NCBI RefSeq assembly: GCF_000143415.4
Contig: NW_003314360.1
Span: forward strand, 594,486 to 658,485
DNA length: 64,000 bases
Direction: 5' to 3'
DNA from: Selaginella moellendorffii
Lineage: Eukaryota; Plantae; Lycopodiophyta
The position numbers and the translations under genes are program-made. Positions 26,301 to 39,138 of the stretch are shown here, one piece after another (position 1 is the stretch's first letter; the number at the start of each line of letters is the position of its first letter). The notes below the pieces were generated by a model, which saw only the letters and a program-made list of their open reading frames with translations, did not search any database and was not told where the DNA came from.

Positions 26301-29300
26301 ACCAATTAGCTTGGTAGAACTGGGGCGGCAGGCCATCTTCCCCTGGGGACTTGTCCTCTGGCAGTTTGTCGAGAGCAGCCTTGAGCTCATCAAGCATGAA
26401 CAGGAGAAGAAGCAGGCCGGCCACGTCTGCGTTAATCTGGCATGGGACATGCTGAAGGACTTCCTCTGATATCCTTTGGCACTCTGGGGTCCAAGGTTGC
26501 TCGGTGAACAGCTCCGAGTAGAATCGGGCCGCCATGATATGCAGCTGTGGTAGATCCGTGTGGAGTGTCCTGGCTTCGTCCTTAAGGCCAAACACCGGCG
26601 GTGAAGCGAACTTGGTGGTGATGGCGTTGAAGAACTCCCGGTTCAGCTTGAGTTCGTTATTGATCCAAGTCCCTTTTCTTACAAACGCTTCCATCTTCTC
26701 CTCCTCAAGCTTGTCTAGCTCAGCTTTGAGAAGCTCCTTTCGTCCAAGCCACGCGTCTTCAGGATGGAGCCGAGTCAGTCGGCACACTGCCATAAGGTTT
26801 TCCCGCAAGGCCTGAACTCGCCTGAACGCCTTTCTGCGTTTAGCCTGCAGAGAGCACCGAAGCTGGTCTGAAACCTCCTTCATGAAGTCAGCCAGCCGCC
26901 ACTGCCGGGACTCCCATAACTCGGCAAGCTTTGTTGTTCCATCTGGTCCAGAAAAAACCTTGCCTGGGATCGCTGGTTGCCTTTGAACTCCTGCTTCTCG
27001 CTGCAGCCGAATCTCAAGAAAGACGGGTCGATGATCCGAGAAGTCATCATAATCCGAAGACATGCACAGGCGTCCCCCCAGGAGAACCAGAGACAGGTCA
27101 ATGTAGATCTGGTCAAGTCGTCGTTGAATTCCTCGGAGACAAGCTTCCTGGAACGAGAAGCGGGGGTCATGAGGAAGAACCGAGTCCAGGTCCCACGTGT
27201 CAAAGACTCCGAGCTTAACAATGAGGCAATCCCATGCTGTCCGCTTCGCAGCAGTGTGATGGTCTCCATCCAACCCCCCGATTTGTCGTCGTCTGATTCC
27301 ACAAAGTTGAAGTCACCGAGAAGAATTCATCCGTCGAAGCAGTCCGGTAAAGTAGTGGCCAGGGTCTGCCAGAATTGCACTTGCTCGGCCGTCCTTGTGG
27401 GAGCGTAGATATTCAGCACTCCAAAGACCTTGTTGACGATGCAGAACTCCAGCAGCAAAGCTCGCGAAGGCACGACCACACGCGGATTCTGAACTACTGT
27501 GGCATATTGTCTGCAGGCTATGGTGAGTGTCCCACCTGACCTGCCCTCCACTGCATTCCACCAATGGCTTCCTTTGCAAAACTTACAACAAACATCAGTT
27601 CCATCCAGGTAGTGCTCCTGGATACACCAGATATCCACAACCAGGCCTGCGCTACCAAGTTGGCGGATGTGTGTTTGTAGAAGACCTTTTTTAGCTCGCA
27701 TGTGGCCGTGGGAAGGTCCTCGAAGCCCACGGACATTCCAGGTAGCTATCCTAAGCGTCATCATGACGCTCAGGGGCAAGAAAAACTTCCCCGACTGCAG
27801 CCCAGACGAACGGTTTGTAGAGCCTAAACCGTGAGTCCGGACTGGAGATTTCAACTTCCACAAGTCGCACTTCTGGAACCCGCCGAGCCTGCTTGATGGC
27901 AAACGTGTAGTCTCGCTTATCCCAGCCAAAGTGCAGCTGCAGAAAGTCCTCGATCTGGTCCTCGAGCACATCATACGTCTTGGGAATAAACTGAGGAAAC
28001 CACTTCTCCCCATGAGGTGCTTCTCTGGCTATCACGACCTGCCTTCCTGCGACACCTATCTTCATCTTGATAACATCTGGCGGTGGGGGAGGGGCATTGC
28101 GGATCACCGTCGGCCATGCCCTACACTCCCGTTGTGATCGCTGTGCTGGACCTCTCGCCTCTAGCCGGACAGGGGACGACCGAGTTGCCTCAGGGGAGTT
28201 ATGTTCAGCTGGTTGCGGAGAGCGGTGGCGTTTTCGGGTTGTAGGAGCTCGACGCTCTTGCATGGAGTCCGATGGTCGTAGGCTCGAAGACGAGTCAGGC
28301 CTCTTACGCTCGGGGTGGATCTCACGGAGACTCGGAAGGCGCTGAGATGACCTCTCTTCAGCTACCCGCTCCTCTCGTGGCTGGCACTCCCGCTGAGAAC
28401 TTCGGGACTTCTCTTCACTGAGTGGACTGTAATACCTGTAGGATCGTGAGTGCTGTTCGGGGACAGGAGGCCGCTGCACTCGATCCGGATGCTGCTCTTC
28501 TGCGTCTTGAGATCGCACCTTCGCCCGTTCTGAATCGAGGCCTTTACCAGGCGGTGATCTCCTGGTCCTGGGGTGTCGAGCAGGTTGCCAGTCTTGCTCC
28601 TGCTGTCGGGACAATGAACAATCATCGCGCTGCACCCCTGGGTGAGCCGCTCTGTAGGTCGGAGGCTGACGCTTGATGCTCAGGCACTCCTGCATGCGGT
28701 GCCCAACCACATGACAGTACCTACAAACCTGGCCTGCATGGCTGCTCTCTAGCCGCATTGTATGTCCTTCGATGGTAACTTGAAGGGGAATGTGTGTGCC
28801 TTCCTCAACCCGCACAGAGAAGTGGACATGGCCCTCCCTGGCAGTATGTCCCTGGATGTCGACAAGCTCACCGAACACCAAGGAAAGCTTACGAATGACC
28901 GGTTCGCAGAAGTACTCGGAAGGCATGTACAGGTGCACGGTGAACATGGTGCGCAACAGCAGGTCTCAGTTGCGCGACGTGAAGTTCGGCTGCCACTTAT
29001 ATATCCAGCATCGCCTGGAGCCAACCCGGATCTTGCACTTGCCAATGAGCGACTGAACCACTTGGGAATCGTTCAGCCTACCTCGTAACAGCCACAGCCC
29101 ATGTTTGGAGCCCTGCTGGATTGATACTTTAAAAATCACGCACTGACGTTTCTTCGGTAGATTAGTCTTCGCTTTAAACACAGAAACTATTCAAGGAATA
29201 AAAGATTTGTGGCACCAGTACCACGCGCTTGAAAAATGGAAGCTTGATCAATAAGAAATATTTCACAGCCTCCATTTTCCATTTTAGGGTTTTGCCGCCG

Positions 29301-29400
29301 TTAACATCCAGTAGCGGCGTATTAGCGTCTCCGATGGATCGATCGCTCCTCGCAAGGTATTCTCGCGATAATGTCAACGTTCCACTCGATCTCTTGCTCT
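23350..29400 (-). mobile_element. L1-type LINE family B, near full length, frameshifted
   Basis: ORF1 (27751 to ~29180) has CRYCHVVGHRMQEC. ORF2 runs from MTLRIATWNVRGL (~27765) through WCIQEH, SDHRPV, WRPITMLN, LLDYEKAYDRVDW, RQGCPL and VFADD to the C-terminal ORF at 23438-24520. Both ends are approximate. Confidence 0.9.
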
Positions 29401-30972
29401 AAATGCGTCCCTGCGGCATCGACTTCCAATGTTCTTTGTTTGTTTCCCCCTGTTGGGCATTCACACCCCCCTGACACACCGCCAGACCTCTCAGGTTGCT
29501 GATTTTCGGCATTCATCGCTGCAGGCGAGGGGTCTTCAGAAGCCACCGCTTTGCCTTTTTCTGCCGCCGTATATTGAGCTCGTGACGATTCGGCCATTGC
29601 TGGCATCCGGGGCATCTGTTGCTCTGTTATCCTCTCTGCTGGCGAGCTCTCCTTCCAGGGAATCACGTAAAGCGAAGGAGAGACCAGCCGGATTGGGGAG
29701 TCTGAAAGCGGCGGGAGTTCGTCATCCAGGATAGGCCCCGTGCACTGAAGCAACTTGTTGCCATACAAGACGATGGTGCCACCACCCGGAGAACAGCGAG
29801 AGCGAATGTCCCATCTCTCCGCTGGTTGAAACTCTTGCACCGGTGGGGACGAAGCTGGCGGCAGGGAACGAGTAGCAGGGCAACCTCGCCGATACCGTTG
29901 AGGTGGTTTGGGTCAGCATACTTGGAGAAGCGACTAGTCGGGGGAGTGCAGCGGGATGAGCGAGTAGCACTCCTGGTGTCGTATCTGTGCGCATGGCCCT
30001 CGCCATCCATCGTGACCAGCAAGTCCCACTGGAACCTGGGGGCCAGATAAAGGCGATATCCTCCCAGGGGCAACGGAGGATGTTGAGGAGCAGGGACGAA
30101 GCCTCTGTCTACGAGTTGCTTGAAGTACGCGTCTGCCAGCTGGTCATCAACCAGGTCGATGGGGAAGTAGCTGGTAGGGTCGTGGAGAATGTTGACCACC
30201 AGTGGCAGCAGGTCGACATGGTTGTACTGGCGCTCTGGATCGAGCAGGTCAAGGAGGAACTGGCTCGCAGATATCTGGACATAGCTCTGACAGTTACGGT
30301 AGTAGACGACGCCAAAGTACTCAACATGGCCGTGCAGCCGTCTGCGCCAGACACGGAAGATCCAGGGGTGTTGTACGTTGTCCTGATCGTCAGGCCGGCG
30401 CAGCACCCAGGAATGAACCCTTGGTTCCTCCTGACTTGCTGCCATGTCGTGAGGGAGAAAACCGCATGCCGAGAGGTCCAGCACCAACGGTTTCCGTCAA
30501 GGCAAGGCGGGTTGGTCACAGCCCTGAATTCTCTACGTTGGCAGCCACGTGAGGACCACGTGGAGTCTCCAAGGCCCACTCAGCAGGCCGCCGAAGCCGA
30601 GTGCAAACGCTTCCCTCTGCCCTGTTCATGTCTTTCCATAGCTACCAGAGCGGAGAGTTGGAGATGAGCCCTGAAAGGAGGGGGCTTTTCAACAAGCCCG
30701 AGTCTTCCGCGTCCTCAAAGCTCCGGTCTGGTCCAGCGCTCAGCGCCTCGGAGCAGGCTTTCTGGACACCGACCCAAGGGCAGATGGGCGCTTGCAGAAG
30801 GAGTGAGGGCGCGGCCTCGCACGGCGCCTAATCCCGGTGGAAACCCTGAGACCCAGAACTGGACGAGGGGCGAGGAGAGAAGTAGGTCTACTTCCGAGAG
30901 GACTAGGTCTACTGCCGAGGGATCCCAAAGCCCGTTCAGGAGCCCCCAGCCGTTGCCGCGCCATCGCCGAAC

Positions 30973-32015
30973 ATGATACACAGACACAATCCATGGAAGG
31001 CCGGAACCTACGAAAGAAGACGAGCAGCGCAGTGTGCCTATCACGCAATGCAGAACATTCCTGGAGTAGAGACATGGTATGCAAAACGAATCCTCTACCA
31101 AACAAAGGTAGCGACAGTGGCCTTATATGCCTGCGAGATGTGGAGCCCGAACATGTCTCACACTGCATGGGGACGTTTTGAGAACCAAACGAAGACTCTC
31201 ATCCAAAAGGAATTCGGGGTTTGCAGGACCGTTCCTTACACGATTATGATCTTGGAAGCCGGACTTCTTCCCTTCGAGATCTCAGCATGGAAACAGACTA
31301 TGCAATATCTCCTCAACACCTTCCTAAAAACGACGGACAAATTGGCGCAGGCAGCTATTGTAGACTCGGATCAACTAGCCAAAACGCCCTACCATGGATG
31401 GTACTTCCACCTCGCCCAATGGACATACCACTTGGGAATCAACTTTGATGACGTTCTAAACAGCATGGATGGTTTTCAGGAACGATGGATCCAGACAGCC
31501 ATAGCAACATGGCTTAATCGAAGCGCTGGCACAAAACTAGCAATCTACGCTACCCTCCTTAACTCGAACCGCCAACTGGGACAGGATTTATATCAGTACT
31601 GCAGACCCGGAACCAGGAAGATGATCGCTACCTATCGAATGGGATTGCATCGACTGCATGTTTGCGCCTCCTTTTGCAAAGCATTAGACGAACACGTACC
31701 TTATTGTTGCCCTGCGGGCGTGTGTCGAAGAAACGGAAAATCTGGTTGATCACGCTCCAATATTGGGTAGCCGCTTTCAGGTAGGTGCTGAGGTATAGTG
31801 TTTTGGACGCGTCCCCCATGAAGATTTCGAGGTTTTCGGTTTCCCAGTGGAGCTGTGGTATCAGACGACGAATGAAGTGATATGCCGGGCAGTTTAGCAC
31901 GAAATGTTGTAGGTCCTCGACTGGCAGAAAGGGCATAGTCTTGCTTCCCTGGGCGTTATTGGTTTATGCCACCGTCCAACCTCTAAACAGACTGTTGTTG
32001 TTGTTGTTGTTGTTG
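30973..32015 (+). mobile_element. RTE/RTEX-like LINE 3' fragment with (TGT)n tail and an internal inversion
   Basis: LYACEMW, EAGLLP and YRMGLHRL read on +. The continuation CLEVGRWH..RLCPFC..VEDLQHFVLNCPAY reads on - (31657-31990). (TGT)n at ~31993-32015. Confidence 0.8.
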
Positions 32016-33936
32016 CCAGGGAGAACCTGAGGAAGGATTTGACGCAGAAGCCGTCTAGGAAGGGGCGCCTGCCGTCGGCGATAGCGGCCAAGGTGAGAGC
32101 CAAAAAGCTGCCTCCGTCTTGGGTCAATCGGATCATTCCGCTCCCAAGTATATAAAGCCGTGATGGAGTTCTCCAACAGCAACAGGTTTGTCACCGCAGA
32201 GGTGTTCGATGTGGTGCATGATAATGCGCTGGTAGTGTCGGCCTCCACAAAGGAGGAGGTGAGAAAAGACCTGGAGAGCAATTCAGACACAGTTGCGGCA
32301 GCCAAGGTGGATAGCTTGAGGGAAACAAGGGTGAAGCTTATTTGAGAGCTGATGCCACTCTCTAGTGCACCATGCATCATGCACAACTGTTTCCCCGCAG
32401 CACCAGTTTTAAAGAATGTGAATCAGTTCACCTTCTCTCAAACTAGTGAACTGATTCACAGCAATGTCAGGGGATGTGGAGCAGAATTAAACAGAGTCGC
32501 AACAGCTTTGATCAATACGGGGAATGTGTTGCCAAGGAGCTATTCAAAAGCTCGTGGACTGCAACAATGGCAGGTTATGGTCTCAATGGAGAAGGGCATG
32601 CAGACGGTCTTGTGTGTGTGGGAATGTTCGGGAAGGCTTGGAAATTTTCCATTGTTGATACTCATAACTTGCAAAATGTATGGTGATATCAATTGCCAAC
32701 AGTCTAGAGAACCTCACACCTGAGTGCGCCATGCGTGCTCCTGGAGCCACGGGAATCTCTGAGCTGTTTAAAACATATATGATCTTTGTTTTATTTTTTT
32801 AATCTTTCTTTTCCATTTGTATAATATTGAATATTCTATGACATGAGTAGACGCTAAAAAATATAAAATGTTAAGCATCTGCTATAGTTGATATACTGGG
32901 TGCGGATTAATTTGCTTGTTCTTGTTGAAATCAGCACTTAAGACTCATTGGCGAATATACTTTCAACAAAAGGTCACTATCATTTTAACAAATTGAGTAG
33001 AAACACGGCATAGTATGACACCCAAATAACTCTCTCTCTTCTCTTTATGATATAGACTGCTAGCTAGAGAAATTCGTTTTGGAGATTCCAAGCTGCTGCA
33101 TTCAGCTGAGGCATCTCATCATCGCTTGTTTCAAGTCACTAGTAGAACCGAGCTTCTGAATCAAACTAGTAGAATGGAACGTTTGCTGTAGAGTATTCTC
33201 TGAAGCCCGTACAGCCAGATCGGGGACTATGTCCATGTTGCAATGAGGTTATGGATGACGAGCTTGGTCCGTTACCAACATTAGCACTTAGGTTCCAGGG
33301 GGACATCACATTGATGATCACAACAATGGTATCCCGTAAAAGACTATTTATTGTTACACTTAGTACTTTGTTTTGGACTTTCTTCGCTGCAAGATATAGA
33401 ACACAAGCTTATACAATTTCCGAAGTCCACGAAATTGCAAGTTGTGGCCTCACTGGAATTTTTTTTTTTCTTATTATTTTTGTTTTTTATTTTTTATTTT
33501 GCTAAAACCTCTTACCTCACGTATTAGCTAACGCCGAGAAATTGCAGTCCATTTTCTTCTTCACAGGTTATCAACTCTACAAGGGTACAACTCTGAACAC
33601 ATTTTCGAGCGGGAGGTTCTTCAGGACCTCCAGAGTCCAGGAAGTTTAGGGAGGCAAGGAACAAGGAATCATGCTGGTGCCATTGGTGAGCTTGTGGATG
33701 CTGCTGCTGAGCAGGGCAGAAGCTCAACAGGACCCAGAGTTTGAGCAGCAACAGCAGCTTGCAGGTAACAAGCTCCGGTCTCGTAATCATCGACTCTGGC
33801 GAGACGGTGTGGCGGAGCGGTGCAGCTGGGGCGGTCGTAGCAGAAGCCGCAGAAGAATGTGGTTCTTGGGAGCACCATCATCGGGGCGTATGCCCAACAT
33901 GGGAACCTCTAGGAGGCGCTGTGCGTCTCTAGGGAG

Positions 33937-34632
33937 ATGTCGCAGAGGGATGTAGCGTCCTGGACCGCTGTTGTGAGCGCGTATGCCTTCAAGGGGCATC
34001 TGGATTGCGCCCTGCACATCTTCGACAGAATGCCTTCCCGCTGCGTGGTGCTGTGGAACGCTATGGTCACTGGGTATCCTCAGAGCGGGTATATGCAGCC
34101 TGCAGAGGAGCTCTTCAGAAGAGCGCCCAAGCGCAATTCGGTGACTTGGTCTGTGATGGTGCACGCATATGCCCGGCTGGGGCATCTTGAAGACGCCACG
34201 ATTAGAATGCCGCAGCAGTCTATCGCCTCTTACACTTCGATCATCTCCGCAAGCGTAGAGAAAGGATTCGTGGAGAGCGCTCGGAAATTGTTCGAGGAGC
34301 TTCCCCAGTACGATGTGGTGCTTTGTAGTGCACTGATTAGTGCATATGCCAACACTGGGCACGGCAAGGAGGGCCTCGAGCTGTTCAGGAAAATGGACCA
34401 AGAAGGTGTGCAGCCCGATAAGATCATATTCGTGAGCCTGTTGGACGCGTGTGCGAATCCATCGAAGTCATCTTCAGCAGCAGAAGCCAGAACTTTGCAC
34501 AAAAGCGTGACAGAAGCGGGGTTCCAGCAAGACTTAACGGTTGGGACGGGGCTTGTGAACATGTATTGCAAGTGTTGGAAGATGCTAGAAGTGTGTTGGA
34601 AGATGCTTGAAGATTCTGCTGGCAGCCTGTAA
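33937..34632 (+). pseudogene. Pentatricopeptide repeat (PLS-type) gene fragment
   Basis: RDVASWTAVVSAYA, VVLWNAMVTGY, VTWSVMVHAYARLG, GVQPDKIIFVSLLDAC, VGTGLVNMYCKC. Frameshifted upstream and truncated. Confidence 0.85.
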
Positions 34633-35574
34633 GAATCATGCTGATCCAGCTCGTGAGTCACGCGCTGCAGAGCATGTCCTCCGACTCGAGAAAGAAAGAG
34701 CAAAGAATTCCTCAATGCATGGGTTTGGAGAGAATAGTGATTTTATTATCAAGCTGGCTGCGTTGCACACATGACATCCCATAGCGAGAAGCGAGAGGAA
34801 CTACATCTGAAGATCATGCTTGATGAGCCTCACTGAAGAGGTAATTTTTTCGTGTTTGACTACTTGGGAGGAGATCCCATTCTTGCTTGCAGGCTGCCAT
34901 TGAAGAGCTTGGAGCTACAAAGAAACTGTCTTCTTCCTTATCCCGATTGGACTAGCCACCGGCAACTAGCCAGCACAACAGCGTAAGTTACTTGACTCTC
35001 TCTGAGTATTAAAGGTCGTTGCTTTAGTCCGCAGTGGGGCCACAGATTATGTGCATTTCACTGTTGGAAATCATGCGATAGTGAGGACAATGATATAAAC
35101 GTCGAACGTTGTGGACCCAGCTACGGGTAAGGTTTTGCTCATGGAAAGTTGTTGGAGTTGGATATAGCTGGTTTCAAGCACTTGCTTTATAGTTCTGGAA
35201 GGCCATCCGAGACTGTAACTCAAGAAAGTCGGGTCAAGCAAGGTACCCTGTACGGAAACTGTTTGAAGGATACACCTGCTCCTGGCAAGTGTAACTCTGG
35301 CTGACAGGAGAGCTGGTGGAAAGGTCTTTCTGTGGAGAAACTAGCGAGCCGTCCTGAATGACGAGGAGTACAGTGAGTCACAAAACATTTTTGCTGGAGG
35401 GCGGAAGCCACTTGACGTATATCACATTGAAGACTTTCGAAGGACCAGTAGTTGATCGACATCGCAGAGTAGTGGACAAGTTCGCTACGGCTCTTCTGCT
35501 AGTATAAATTCTTTGGGGCAGTCCTCAGAATCCTCAGAATCGAAAGAAGTGAAGAACTAGAAAGCTGAAGAGAA

Positions 35575-36426
35575 ATGGAGGTTCATCGAGTGAGATTGCT
35601 GGCTGTGTTGGCTGCTCTTCTTCTCGCAATTGAAGGTAACACTTGTTTTGCATTTCCTCAGGTGAATTTCCAATTCTGTTTCTGAATTGTCGTTCTCTTT
35701 TCAGGTGTTAGTTGCGTTCGGATCCGCCTCTACAATGCATGTCCCTTCACAGTGTGGCCTGGCTGGATTTCCAACTCCGGGAAGCCACAACTAGGAACCG
35801 GTGGTGTTAAACTCGATTCCTGGCAGTCTCATGACCTCAACCCCGGTGCAGACTGGGCTGGCCGTTTCTGGGGCCGTAGAGGCTGCAACTTCGACGGCAA
35901 CGGGCGCGGCCACTGCGACTCGGGCGACTGCGGCGACAAACTTAACTGCGGCAACTCGGGTGGTGTCACTCCCGCCACCTTGGCCGAGTTCCAGCTCAAC
36001 GGCCACGGTAACCAAGACTTCTACGACGTCTCGCTCGTGGACGGCTACAACTTGCCAATGAGAATCAACCCGGAGTGGAACTGCAAGTCGGCTGGCTGTC
36101 ACAGCGACCTGAACGCTATATGCCCCAACGAACTGAAAGTCTGGAAGGATAACTGGGTGATCGGCTGCAAGAGCGCTTGCGAGGTTTTCCAAACGGATGC
36201 TTACTGCTGCAGAGGAGCGCACGACAAGCCTGAAACTTGCCCTCCAACGCCTTTCTCCAAGGTGTTCAAGGATGCTTGTCCACAGGCTTACAGTTATGCT
36301 TACGACGATTTGACTAGTACCTTCACCTGCGGTACGGGTGGGGGATACACCATAACCTTCTGCGCCAGTGGAGGATTCGAATTCGGAGCAGCTGGGGAAC
36401 AAGCTGCTTTCATTGAGAAGCTCTGA
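35575..36426 (+). CDS. Thaumatin-like (PR-5) protein, 2 exons (35575-35635, 35705-36426), ~260 aa with signal peptide
   Basis: Hydrophobic N-terminus. The 69-nt GT-AG intron keeps the frame. Motifs YNACPFTVWPG, GRFWGRRGC, PATLAEF, DFYDVSLVDGYNLPM, FKDACPQAYSYAYDD. TATAAAT at ~35503. Confidence 0.96.
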
Positions 36427-39138
36427 AGCCATAACTGGAGATACTGGCTGGCCTGGTTGCGTTTTCAGTGGAGCTGCTGAAGAATGATCATGAAGGAATG
36501 CTGGCTTTTTAAGTTTTTAAAACAGACCGGTTTTTTGCAGCAAATGCCCTTTCGCGGCATTTGCTGGAATGCTATATGAATGAGTATATTCTCGTCAATT
36601 GCATGGGTTTGGAGAGAATGGTGATTTCAAGCTGGCTGTGTTGCACACATGACATCCCATAGCGCGAAGCGACAACTGAAGATCATGCTCGATAAGCCTG
36701 CTGCTTCCCACTGAAGAGCTCACAATGCGCCGCTCCTCGACGAGCGTGTAGGTTCCTTGATCGATTTCGGCGCAATCTCCACAGATTCCGGTTCTGCTCG
36801 GGAAGCACATCAGGTACATTTTGATTTTTTCCGCAAGAACTCCAATATCTCCCGAAATCAGGAATCTCCGCGGTGTGGAGTGGATTGAGCAGCATTTACG
36901 ATCTCTGTGAGTGAATCTTCCAATCTTTTAGGTTTTGTGAAATTCCTCTTGTCCTCTTGTAGGCGATGGCAGCAGATGCTGAAGCAGGTCAGGAAATTAC
37001 ACGAAATGCGAGCCGGACACTGCACCGCCCCCTCAGATTGTTTAAGCAGAATCCTGCACTGGGAGCCGTCCTGGTAATCGTTTTGCTCTTCTGCCTTGCT
37101 CTGCTTACTCGCCCGTGAAACGCACACCGTCAACATCAAGTGGTAAATGTGAAGCAAAGGATCAATTTCAACCATGGAGCCGACAGAGGCAAAGTACCTC
37201 TTCAAATTCCTACTTCCAAGGCGCAACATGTCGTGCAGGTTATCAAAACCAGGCTCCTTCAGGTAGGCTACAGATAATTTGTACCATTCCTCTTGCTCAA
37301 TTCAGCATAATCTGTATTCTTTCACAGGCAGCTGTTGTTTCTGGAGGATCAGAAGCCCATCTTGGTTGAGCTTGATTGTCAATGTACAGCAGAGGACCTC
37401 CATACAGGTGATGACGACTGTTCAGCCCGTAGTACTGGTCCCGTGGTCCCCAAGTTTTCTAGTTTTCAACCAAATTGTTTATATGTTTGCCCAGTTTACA
37501 GAAGATCATGCTTCACTTTGAGCAACTGCAGTACACCTCCAGGTGGTCTCTTCATCTTTAATTTGACCATGCTTGGAACGTAATGGAAACTCTTTTGGCG
37601 ACTTTGTAAATTGGTTGATGATCCGGTCCTAAATTTTATAAAAAGAAGTTATTTTATTGCATTTGGTTGAAGTTTTTGATGGCTCTTGTTGTAAGTTTTT
37701 GTTTTTGACATTATATTTCACCAGCATGCACAACCTTGTGAATTTGTATTATCATGACATTGTAAAAGTAAAGCATAATTAAATTTCACCCATTGATTAC
37801 TTGTGCATGCATAATAATGTGCACCAAAACCACCTGGTTCTCCTAGCTTCCATGCACAAATAAAATCTCCATCTTCACAATAATCTGGGAGGTCACAATG
37901 AAATTTATTATTGACATAAGCAAACCTAGCTGGATCTATAGGCCTTGTATAATCACAACTTTTTGTATAATGCTGTCAATGCACATAAATAAAAATGTTA
38001 AATTAACGATGTCGATGTGGAGCCGGATGAATCCGTCAAGGTGGATCCAGCAAGCGGAATTTTCAACGAGGGCCAAACAACTTTGCGATTTGAGAGAACC
38101 TCCTGAAGTAGCAGCGCACCTCAAAATCATCTCCAAGGTTTGGATTCTGATCAATCAAGTCCCTCTCGAGGCAGGCACTCCAAAAGAACAACTTAAACTC
38201 ACATATCGTGCAAATTTACCACCGCCTGGAGAAAGTAGTTTACCATCCTCGTTTGTTATTGTCTCTAACTTCTGCTACACCATGTCTCACACTAGCAGCA
38301 CCACCAGCATGCGCAGGCCAAGAATGCGGGATGTTGGGTACAAGGGACATGTTGACAACTCGACAGTACTTAACATCTTGCCAGCAGTTCCAGGAGCTCA
38401 CGATCCAGAGGAAACAGAAATGTCAGATCACGAGTCCCTCGAGTCTACGTCCTGAAAGTTTTCGAGCTTTCAACGCGTAGAACACCGTTTTGGGGCCTGG
38501 TCAGTCGCAGCCTGCTTTTGAGGGGCTTCGTATTGCTCAAGACGGTTGGACTTGTGCATTGGGATTTGGGTGTTGCTCAGGAAAACCACCAGTTGGCGGA
38601 GGCATTGGATGTCACGCAGGGGCAGGAGGAAGCTGCAACAAATATACAACATTATCATAGCAGCAAATGGGACAACCGATAGACAAGTTACCTTCTAAAG
38701 GAATCTCAATCTGAACCTTAACGACCTGTTTTATATCAACGAAGTCTCGTCCTAAACTCCTGGCGGCTTTTTTGCTTTCGTCATCTGAGAGGCACAGCAT
38801 CAGCGTGGAACATCCACAAGACAGTACAACAAAAGCCCACCGTAGCTGATCTTCTCCACCTTGGCAGAAACTTCAGAGAAAGCCAATGAGAAGCCAAATT
38901 AAAGGAACAAACTGTTCAAACTTCCACTCTGCTGTGCAAACGACGTTGTTACGACAGTAGTTGTGCCTGGTAGATAACTCCGTCCAGAATGTTACTCTGT
39001 CGGGGCTTTCACGCCTCTTGCATCCGGAAGACAAACAAATTTAGCTTTGTGCAAAACGTTGGGCCCGGGTTGCGTCTCCTGAAAATACGCTCATCAGGAA
39101 TGAAAATTCTGCAAAATAAAACCATACCTGTTTAGAGC

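Noticed and set aside
34716-36690. ~100-bp direct repeat flanking the thaumatin gene (34716-34820 vs 36598-36690) as a transposon boundary
   Set aside because: It is diverged, with no TIR/TSD or LTR termini. More likely a relic of local duplication.
36858-39100. Short ORFs between the thaumatin and Roco genes
   Set aside because: No recognisable motifs or consistent exon structure, so I cannot support a call.
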